NCBI GenBank assembly: GCA_051313645.2
Contig: JBNRSN020000005.1
Span: 282,286,001 to 282,350,000 of the forward strand
Direction: 5' to 3'
Origin: Centroscyllium fabricii
Lineage: Eukaryota
DNA: 64,000 bases
The position numbers were made by a program, and so were the translations under genes. Each line of letters opens with the position of its first letter. Position 1 is the stretch's first letter. Below, piece after piece: positions 54,866 through 64,000 of this stretch. The notes beneath the pieces were generated by a model, which had not been told where the DNA came from, did not search any database, and saw nothing but the letters and a program-made list of their open reading frames with translations.

Positions 54866-54999
54866 TGAAACATGAACTCTGTTTCTCTCTCCATGGATAC
54901 TGCCTGGCCTGCTGAGTATTTCTGGTATTTTCCGTTGTTATTTCAGATTTCCAGCATCCGCAGTATTTTGCTGTTGTATACGTTGTAATGTACCTACAT

Positions 55000-55345
55000 T
55001 AAGAACCAAAGGCACAGTGGAAGAGAAGGGAGTTGGGATTTTTGAAAACAAGGAGGCAGAAGGAGCTAGCGGGGAATTCCAGATGGCATGGTGAATTTGC
55101 CGAAAGTGTCAGAAGGAAGGAGGGTGTTTGCAGAGGTGTATAGTTGGAGGAGATTGCTAAGATAAGGTGGGATTTGGAAACAAACACAAGGATCTTGAAT
55201 TCAGTTTGCTGAAAAGTATTCAGAGTAGAGCTGGGAAAGGAGAGGGCAATGTGAGTGCAGAACAATGTGATGGTGAGGATGTGAGCTGCAGCATTTTGAA
55301 TAAACTGTGGCCAGAAACTTAGCAGTTGAGGAGGCTGCAAATATA
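55000..55345 (-). mobile_element. L2-like LINE ORF2 C-terminal fragment
   Basis: QFIQNAAAHILT...HIAL...EFKILVFVSKS resembles the L2 pattern LQ.IQN.AAR.LT...HITP.L...FKIL.L.FK. Confidence 0.6.
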
Positions 55346-55596
55346 GTGATGGTAGATAGGTGGTAGGTCTCCACTGTTCCCACGTCTGAGCTGGGTTATA
55401 GGAGATACGTATGAGCAGCCTGCATTAAGATTTTCTCTGATTTTTCTTCTGGCCAGCTTGGAAGTGTCTGACTGCTATTTGAGATCTTTTCCAGTAGTGT
55501 TTGGTAATAAAGTGAAATTGGGCATTGAACATGTACAGGTATACGATCAGTCTGTGGCATCAAGCATTGGTGCTTCAATATACTGCACTGTTCAAA

Positions 55597-55722
55597 CATG
55601 ATGTGGAGGTGCCGGTGTTGGACTGGGGTGGACAAATGCAAGAAGTCACACAACACCAGGTTATAGTCCAACAGTTTTATTTTAAATCACAAGCTTTCGG
55701 AGCGCTGCTCCTTCCTCAGGCA
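55597..55722 (-). mobile_element. Short Penelope-like terminal repeat with a hammerhead ribozyme core
   Basis: The minus strand reads C-CTGAGGA-A-GGAGC-agc-GCTCC-GAAAG-CT-T-GTGA (55721 to 55687). Same family as 63462-63649. Confidence 0.7.
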
Positions 55723-56026
55723 AAGTGAAGTTAAGTTGATCCGAAGAAAGCACATATGCTGTGAGAGAGAAATCTGATATCTCCCACATCAAACATATAA
55801 GCTTGAATTCTGTTAGAGAGTTTGTTGGTCAATGAATTATTATGCATCAAATGCTAGAAAATAAGGATTGTCTGTAACAATATGAGTTTAATGAGCATTT
55901 TTTAAATCAGTTTTGTTCTTAGACTGCAAACAGCATTGTTAATACTGCTTCTGTGATAGGTGAGTTCTCATTTGCAGTACGTTATGCTGCAGTTATATTT
56001 CACATTGGGCATCAGTACAAAATAAT

Positions 56027-56791
56027 GGGCCAGAAATTAGCCTTGGAGCCTTCGTGCGAGTGTTGGGCTCCTATTTGCCCTTACCCAGCACTTTTGCCAT
56101 TTTGAAATTTTGCACTGTGAACTCCCGAGTTGTACAGCTTGTCAGAGCTCTGTGCGAGCTGCTGGTGCAACTGAAGGGCATAATTAATTCAAAATCTCGC
56201 ATGAGACCACGTGATCAGCAGGGAGCCAATCCTCCATTCAAAACTTACACAGAGAAATCTGTGTAACCTTTGAAAAGAGAGATCTTCCAAAACACATCTA
56301 AACTCAAAAATAAAATGTAAAAAACACCACATTTTTTTAACAGTACTCCAACTAACATAAATTACCTATTTTAAAGAAAAAATTAAAATTTTGATTTTTT
56401 TTTTACAGTCTTTAACAGGCCTAAAAGAATACTTACCTGTCTTTAAAGATTAAAAAAATTAAAAACCTGTAAGAACAATACTTGAAATCTATAAAATAAA
56501 TACTTACCTGCTAAAAACAGGTGTTTACGTCTGGTATTTTCAAGCGTAGAATCTTCACTATTTACCTCGATGAAAAACTCTGAAACAAAATGGAAGTTTA
56601 CTGCGCATCCCATTGTGCACAGGCGAGTGCAATCCTCATCGCAGCAGCTCTGCCCCCCCCCCCCCCACCCCACCGCTGGCCGCCTTTGGAAATGCATGGA
56701 GCAGCTGCAAATGGCTGCTCCGTGCGATTTGGAGCTCGGGTGCGCTTACACCCGGCTCCAAATCAATATACGGGATTGGAAATACTGGGCC
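56027..56791. mobile_element. Non-autonomous DNA transposon, relative of 14252-15000 in the opposite orientation
   Basis: GGGCCAGAAATT ... AAATACTGGGCC with TSD AAT (56024-56026, 56792-56794). tggagccttcgtgcg is the reverse complement of cgcacgaaggctcca near 14970-14984. Confidence 0.8.
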
Positions 56792-57655
56792 AATATTTTG
56801 TATCACTGGCACAAGGTGTGCAGTATAACTGTGATTATAATTCTGCTAAATCCACATCAATTTGGAATAAATAGGGGCTGAAAATATTTGGCCCTTCAGA
56901 TGTACTACCACAATATTGGTCAAAGTATGCTGGAAGTGCCAGATACTAAGTTAGGCACCAGATATGCCTGGTGCCAAAGTAGCCACGATGACCTGTTGAC
57001 GACGGAGCCTCTGCCCACCTGAAACATGACCATCAACATAATAGGGAATGAGGCTGGGCTGGGGACTCCCTACATTGGGATTTCCCATGACTTTAGCCCT
57101 CCCAAGGGATCCACTGTAGGGTTGGCACAGGAATGCCTATTGAATGGTTGGCTCAGTGATACTCGTGGGGCCCACCTGGGGTCTAGGCTACAATTGAGGC
57201 CTGGACCACTGAAGAGGAGTCAAATACAATTTTTAAAATAATTAGAGCAACACCCTTGGGTGGGAGCCTTGTTCCCCCAACCCCATCAGTTTCTGTAATT
57301 TACAGGCTCCCTAGATGCACTCTAGCAGAGTGGCCGCCTGTCTGGGAAACAAGCTACATGACTTCCCCCTGACTTCACGTACTCTGGTGAGGCCACTCAT
57401 AGGCACAATTCTGGTGCAAGTGCCAGGATCGTTGGTCTGCAGATTTTCAGGGCTATGATCTCATTTTGCTCGTACTGCTAAATATGCATGTCAGTATAAC
57501 TGCCGCCAAAATGATATTGGTACAAAACTATTCAACGTGCATATGTGGGACTCCAGGGAGTGTGGCAGCTTTCATTGCAACAGTGCAAGCAATCAGTTTA
57601 ACTCAGTGTTGTCTACTCTGAATATTCCAAAAATTGTATTGGCATTTTGCAAGTA

Positions 57656-57975
57656 CAGGTTGAGCACAGGTAATCCGGCACCCGATGGTCCGGCAGCTTC
57701 AGTGGTCCGGCACGATTGGAAACCGACGCTCTTCATTTCGTTTCCTGGGAAGGGTGAGCGAGTGCCAAAGGCATCGGGTGATTGGGTTTCTGTTTTTTTA
57801 GGTGTTCTAAGTGTTCTATCCCCGGGCTCCCTCCCGGGGAGTGTTCCACCCGTGCACTCCAGGCCCTGGGGATTGTTCTACCGCGCGCTCCCCCCGAACC
57901 TTCAGTGGTTCAGAATTTTCAGTGGTCTGGCACCAGCCTGGTCCCGAGGGTGCCAGATTAACGGTGCTCAACCTG
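57656..57975. mobile_element. Tc1/mariner-superfamily (pogo/Tigger-like) MITE, 320 bp
   Basis: 28-bp TIRs CAGGTTGAGCACAGGTAATCCGGCACCC (25/28 match) with a TA TSD on both sides. The CAGGTTGAG start recalls Tigger4-type TIRs. Confidence 0.85.
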
Positions 57976-58139
57976 TACTAAGCGTGTAGCTGTAAAATAA
58001 GAGTGTGGAACACTGGAGAGGGAAGGATGAAATTGGAGGAAGCAAAATTGGCAGGAAGGCCTTTTGTGCTTTGCAAAGTATACCATCTTGTTATTAATAA
58101 TGAGTAACATTGAAAAAGTCCGTGGCCCAAATTGACTTA

Positions 58140-58465
58140 CTGTCCCAGGTTGAATGCTTGGTCTCTGATCTTAGCCAGAGTGACAATGGAGGCCAGTACA
58201 ATTAGCCTCAGTGCCTTTAGGATAGGAAAGGGAACATTCATCAATGGCTTCCCCTCCCATTCCAGTACCTGTACTGGAAAATGTTCATGTTTCAGCATTG
58301 GGTGAGAACAGGATTGGGCTTGACTGTGATGCCCCCATAGTGAAATAATCCCCTGGCACGCATTGTTTAGGCTCACACATTAAAAATGGCCACTTAAGTG
58401 AGGTATCAGAGGGTTGCTATACCCCAGGATATGTCATTGCCGTCAGGAGAATGGGAGAACATTGC
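58140..58465 (+). mobile_element. AmnSINE2-like SINE, degraded
   Basis: gtcccaggttgaat...gatcttagccag...acaattagcctcagtgcc...gggtgagaacaggattgggc...tgtgatgcccc...taggctcacaca...aatggccactt. Related copies at 11740-12650, 6860-7470 and 63885-64000. Confidence 0.6.
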
Positions 58466-61118
58466 AAAACTTAAAAAAATATATTTTGAGCTCCGTCCCT
58501 GAAACTGACATGTCGGATTCCATCATGGGACAGAGAGCCTTGTCGTCCAATTTCAGGATTTAAAAATGCACCGCCTGCAGAAATGAAAAGGAATCTGCAC
58601 TTACCGTTAGCGGTCTGAGATGTTGTCTTAAGTCTGAATTGATGTGAGTCGCTGGTATGATGACATGACGCCATTGCGCTCATCCACCTTGAATGCCTAT
58701 GCGTCTGGATTTTGAGTTCTGAATTCTGCAAGAAAGCACCAGACCAGGGTGAATCCAGGTCCAAATATAACCACAGCATTATTTCATGGGAGTTGTGCAA
58801 TGCAGATAGTAGTTAGATCAAGTTTGGATCAACAATTTGCTGTGATTTTAATCTGCAGCATAAAGTGTGTTTACAGCACTGCCACTGAACCTATGAGCCA
58901 GAAATTTAAACTTTGCTTTATGAGTTGTTTTTACTTTTTCTGCTCATGTGTCCTCCACATTTTTATAATGTGACAGATTAAAGCACAATTTCCACTATTA
59001 ACACACCAGAGCCCTGGAAGGTGATGCGGTCCAGCTGTATTCCACATAACATTCCATTTTCTTCACCATCCTTCCTGTTCAGATTAAACCCCTGATGCTT
59101 TATGATTGTGGGGATAAGTGTCTAATGTAAACGTAATTATCTGCTTGGGATTTGATAGCTATCAACAAGTCTGAATTGGAAATTCCTAAACACTGCTTGT
59201 CTCACGTAAAATAGTGACTATAAATGGACCTTTAATTAGAAAGTCAAAAATAAGTAGAACAAGCTTTTCTGTTTGATGCAGCTCATATTGCAAATAGCTT
59301 ACATTTTTGAAATAGTAGTGATTGATAGCAAGCTGGAGTAGATTTTTGTCACAAGCATGCATTGGTTAAATAGGTGAAGCACTTGATTATATTCAACAGG
59401 AATGCTGAGAGACCCTGAAAATGATTTATTTAAAATTCAGTACTTCTTTTGTTTCACCACATGATAGAAGTGTTAAGAATAGTCAGAATAGCTGAGCCCA
59501 CCATTCTGCAAAAAGAATGTATTTGTTTGTAAGTGGAGAGTTGCAAAAAGGCTGTGAAAAATAGAGTGGGGATAATTGGGTTATCAGATGTAGACACTGC
59601 AGGGAATTGAACATTATCTGCTCTCAATGTTAGGACTAGTGGGTCACTTCCTTAACTCTCCTGCATCAGTTCTTCCTCACTCTGAAGGAATCCAGACAAC
59701 GTAAAATGGGCTTTTACTGCCTGCTACCCCAAACATCTCCGTTTCTCTGCCCTTCAACAGGTTGACTTTATGAGCCATGACCACACTAAATAACATCTTG
59801 CCTTGCTTTCTCCCCATTGATTCAGCAGTCTTTAATTGCTTGGAACACAAGCCAGATCCTCAGCTTCAAGTGTGTTTCCCGTAGCTTCAGCTGCTGTTAT
59901 TCATTTCTATTAGACAACTTCTAACTAAGATATTGACTTGCACTTTGACACAGACACTGCTACTGTGTTTGATTGCACAGTCAATTTAAAAATCTCCCAA
60001 AGCAACTTTGCAAAACTGTATAACATTATTCTAAATCTGTGTTTTTAGTAATAATAATATAGAATAAACTCCCAAGGTAAAAAAAAATAGTAATTCATTA
60101 TTAGTAAAAAATCTAGTATCTGATTTGGAACTGAAGTGAGGAAATACAGATTTTGTTGCCCTTCTGTCCCACTATTGCATAAATTTTCTTTCCACCAATC
60201 TCAAATCCTGTTCATCATAAGCAGAGATTTTTCTTGATAGAAAGAGGAGGACTTATTAATTAGCTCTTTTCTGAAGGGAATTGAGTTGAAAAGACAAAAT
60301 TATCTCTTATTTTGGTGGACGGGCATAACACTTGTGACCTTCACAATATTTATGATTGGACTAATCGATAACTTCCTTTCTTGGTTATACAATATAATCT
60401 CTGTTATAAGCATAAAATGCGATCTAGAAAAATGCTCAGATAAACGGCTTTAGTAATTACTAAGCCATTTTCATCTAGATTTTTCAAAATTCTGGGATCT
60501 TTATGGTATTTTACTATTGTTAACATACTGAAAAATCCCACTAGAAACAAGGGCAATGATGTATTTCCTTATTGCTTATAGAAATTTGCACAATTGTCCT
60601 TTGGTAATGGATTAAATGGTTAACACAGCCACACTTAGGATTCCTCTGGAGAATTTTCAACCTGCCGACAATATGTTTGGATAGAGTTGTGCCAGTTCTC
60701 TGTGGTACTGATGGGGAAGATTTCTAGTCGAGGGTAAAACTGATGGGAATGCAGATCAACTCTAAATCTCCAGTTGGATACAGGACTAGTAATAATTAAT
60801 TACATTTGACCATGTTGGGTCTTCCTCTACTTAGCTTGCCTGAAAATGACTAATTCATTTATAGCAGAATGTTGAGTGGAGAAGAAACACTTGGTCCATA
60901 ATCCAGAAGTCAATTATTGTGAACTAAGAATAAACAAGAAAAGCAGTAATGCCTTTTAGGATTTTATTGCAATCTGTAACCCTAAACAGAAAGAATAACA
61001 GTAGTAATGCATCATCAATGATGTGCTGGAAAATCTGAAAAATAGACAAACCTAAAACATTACATTGTCCTCATGCACATTTATTGATGACAGAATGCCC
61101 ATTTTGCATCCGATGTAA

Positions 61119-61695
61119 AACTGCACACAGTACTCCAAGTGTGGTCACTGGTGAGACCACACTTGGAGTACTGTGTGCAGTTCTGGGCACCGTACTACAG
61201 GAGGGATGTGGAGGTGTTGGAGAGGGTACAGAGGAGATTCACCAGGATGCTGCCGGGAATGGGGGGAAAGTCGTACGAGGAGAGGTTGAGGGAGCTGGGA
61301 CTCTTCTCCCTGGAGCGGAGAAGGAAGAGGGGGGACTTAATAGAGATGTTTAAGATGATGAAGGGGATCAATAGAGTAAACGTGCAGAGACTGTTTCCCC
61401 GGGTGGGAAGAATGACAACAAGAGGGCACGAACACAAGATTCAAGGAGGAAGATTCAGAAGGGATGGCAGGGGCAAGTTCTTTACACAGAGAGTGGTCGG
61501 GGAGTGGAATAGGCTACCATCTGAAATAGTGGATGTGGACAGTCTGGGAGCTTTTAAAAGGATGATAGATAGGTACATGGAGGGGAAGGAAGAGTAGGGG
61601 GGACAGGAACAATCAGAGACGGACTAAGCGCGGCACTACATTGAGGGCCGAAGGGCCTGTACAGTGCTGTATAATCTATGTTCTATGTTCTATGT
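61119..61695 (+). mobile_element. Young 5'-truncated CR1-like LINE with a 5' fold-back
   Basis: Uninterrupted ORF2 C-terminal frame (LVRPHLEYCVQFWAP...RGHEHKIQGGRF...FFTQRVVGEWNRLP) ending at 61597, then a (ttctatg)n tail. Confidence 0.92.
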
Positions 61696-62329
61696 AAGCG
61701 TTGCTGGCGAAATTGATCTGGGCACATCAAATCTAGCATTCCTGATTTGAAACCGTTATCTCATTCGCTACTAAAGGCACGATTTGGCACCATTCCCAGG
61801 GCAATCCTTGGTATTGGGAAGATACCAGGTGGTGTTCTTGTTGCAGCTGTGTGGAGTAGATTAGAGCTAAAACAAATGACCAATGGAAGTGTATATTAAA
61901 TGAGTGAAGCTCAGTTTTGGATCAGTACAAACATGTCTATAATGGATTGAACACAGGCCCATCTTAGCCTTAAATGTAAAAGTGCAATACAACATTGTTG
62001 TCTGAGCTGTGGAGGAGGAACCCGTAAGATTACTCATCTACTTTCTGCTTGGAAGTGGCATAAATTTAAGGCTAAGGAAAGTGACGATGTTTTCATTGAT
62101 GGGAATACATTATATTATACTGAAACCTTTGTCTCCTTAACAATCATAAAGTCGTTTGATTTCATTTGTAGTTTATTTTCACCTCTTTCACTTCATGCAA
62201 GGACCAGGTCCTTGTTCGGAAAGTGATGTAGGGATGTAGGAAAGAATTGAATGGGATTTGTGTTGGGATACCAAATGTTTCTAATCTACTTTTATCATCT
62301 GGATTCAACAACACAATTCAAATTGCTCA

Positions 62330-63070
62330 CATTTCTGGACCATATCAATATAGGGAAGGGTGGCTACAGGCCAAAGGCCCACAAAGTGAGCTAGATAAAA
62401 TCTTTAAGGAGGCAAATCAGTAGAAAATGAAATTTAATACAGACCACTGTAAAGTGTTACATAAAGGGAGGAAAATGGGTGGCATACATACGCCATTTCT
62501 GATGTTGAAATAGTTAACAGTGATGTTGAAAAAGATCTAACGATGTCAGTGAACTTGAAGCTTAATATGTTCAATCACGGAGCTGCAGCAATCAACAAAG
62601 TGAATAGAATACTCAACCATATTGTTAAATTAGTTGAGTACCAGTTGGAGGATGTCATGCCAAAATTGTACAGTGCTGTAGTCAGGTCACACCTTAAGTA
62701 CTGTGTTTAATTTGGGTCATCAAAACACAAAGGAGATACTCAGGTCTTGGAGGTGATACAGCAAAGCGCCAGAAGGCTGATTCCTAGCATCAGGGGGTTA
62801 AAGACTGGGGAGACGTGTGCTCTTTTGCGTTTAATGGAAGTCACTAGAGGGGACCTCAGAGGGATATATAAGATAGTAGATGGTATAGAACAGGTAAACC
62901 CAGAAGACTATTTCAAGTTAAACTATAGAACAATGATGAACAGTAAATTAGAGCTTATTACAGAAACTTCTTTCTTGTCACACAAAGGCTGATCAATGCT
63001 TGGCCTTCCGGGTAAGGTAGTAAAAGCAAAAACCTTGAAACCACTTAAGAAACAAGTGATTGCTGGAAAA
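62330..63070 (+). mobile_element. Old degraded CR1-like ORF2 fragment
   Basis: gtcaggtcacaccttaagtactgtgtttaatttggg (VRPHLEYCVQFW-like) and RGDLRGIYKIVDGIEQV, with many stops. Confidence 0.7.
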
Positions 63071-63117
63071 GGGGGACTGTAGGGCTTTTACATCAAATAG
63101 CTGCCTCATCTACATCT

Positions 63118-63401
63118 ATAGAATCATAGAATCCCTACAATGCAGATAGAGGCCATTTCGGCCCATCGAGCCTGCACCGACATATATCCCACCCTATCCC
63201 CGTAACCCCCACATATTTAATCCCCCTAACAATAAGGGTCAACTCATCATGGCCAATCAACCTAACCCGCACATCTTTGGACTGTGGGAGGAAACTGGAG
63301 CACCCGGAGGAAACCCACGCAGACACGGGGAGAATGTGCAAACTCCACACAGATAGTCACCCGAGGCCGGATTTGAACCCGGGCCCCTGGCGCTGTGAGG
63401 T
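63118..63401 (-). mobile_element. HE1-like V-SINE subfamily B, head partly truncated
   Basis: Near-identical to 41114-41400. Confidence 0.9.
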
Positions 63402-63461
63402 TGTGGTAATCTTGTGAAAAGAATAGGAATTAAGCCTTGTTTGTCCTCTCCCAATATTAGC

Positions 63462-63649
63462 CATGATGTGGAGGTGCCGGTGTTGGACTGGGGTGGACAA
63501 ATGTAAGAAGTCACACACCAGGTAATAGTCCAACAGCTTTATTAGAAATCACAAACTTTCGGAGCGCTGCTCCTTCATCACCTAAAAGTTTGTGATTTCT
63601 AATAAAGCTGTTGGACTATAACCTGGTGTTGTGTGACTTCTTGCATTTG
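63462..63649. mobile_element. Short Penelope-like terminal repeat as a fold-back insertion
   Basis: Same family as 55597-55722. Internal inverted repeat 63498-63559 / 63585-63649 and a 12-bp TSD CCCAATATTAGC (63450-63461, 63650-63661). Confidence 0.8.
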
Positions 63650-63884
63650 CCCAATATTAGCAAGTGAGAGGTACATGAGAATGGATCAGTTTGACTTCTG
63701 ATTTTTTTCTCTTCTTACAGGAAGCATCTTGCCTGCCCTCAATCTTTACTTTATTTTGACCTCTCTATTCGGTCATTTATTCTGATGGTCCAACTGAGAT
63801 TGGAAAGTTAACATTTGGGAAATTGTGATATGGCTGAGGGCACTTTCAACATATAAAAATTTCCATAAACTTTCAGTAACTTTT

Positions 63885-64000
63885 ATTTTCTCCTATCACC
63901 CTTGAATGCTTCTCCGTGTTCCTCTTCTTCTGAAGGCTCTGACTCTTCTTGGGATGTGGCTCCATGGACACCAGTGGCCATCTGGTACGGTACCTCATCC
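63885..64000 (-). mobile_element. AmnSINE2-like SINE 3' part (runs off the window)
   Basis: cttctgaaggctctgactc...ccatggacaccagtggcc...ggtacctc is the reverse complement of the family's 3' end. Confidence 0.45.

Larger units (their letters stand above)
52354..54981. mobile_element. Penelope-like element (RT + GIY-YIG endonuclease) as one tail-out inverted duplication
   Basis: The left arm (- strand, 52354-53952) has RT motifs GTRMGPSYACLFMG, YIDDC, LPFLD and YKPTDSHSYLD. The right arm (+ strand, 53954-54981) has GIY-YIG NLIYCIRCSRCGLLYIGETKRRLSDRFAEH...PSGLN. TSD GTTGTAATGTA at 52343-52353 and 54982-54992. Confidence 0.9.

Noticed and set aside
57100-57109. Perfect EBF site TCCCAAGGGA
   Set aside because: It lies in what looks like a degraded transposon (about 56874-57452), and a single match with eight specified bases in 64 kb is expected by chance.
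35346-64000. EBF3 exon 7 ([27 protein letters not shown])
   Set aside because: I found no matching sequence. Intron 6 is very long in vertebrates, so exon 7 probably lies beyond the window.

Overview
This is eukaryotic vertebrate DNA, almost certainly from a cartilaginous fish, judging by shark-type HE1/V-SINEs, DeuSINE-like SINEs, CR1-like LINEs and Penelope-like elements. The only host protein-coding gene I can support is the 5' part of EBF3 (COE3) on the + strand. Coding exons 1-6 (29144-35345; 134, 157, 64, 56, 74 and 69 nt; all GT-AG) encode residues 1-185, including the zinc knuckle. They are followed by the start of a very long intron 6, and exon 7 is not in the window. A stretch of about 23 kb around the promoter (17.9-40.7 kb) has no recognisable transposons, while both flanks are dense with nested mobile elements. 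The most notable observations are: (i) two unrelated Penelope-like insertions that are each a single fold-back (tail-out inverted) unit bounded by an 11-12 bp target-site duplication and that carry minimal hammerhead-ribozyme cores; (ii) several non-autonomous DNA transposons with GGG-initiated short TIRs and 3-bp TSDs, subterminal hairpins (one with compensatory changes between copies) and consensus splice-donor motifs next to an AT-rich core; (iii) two V-SINE subfamilies that differ by a LINE-tail swap. No prokaryotic system or CRISPR array is present. All calls are by eye and family names are from memory, with no database search.
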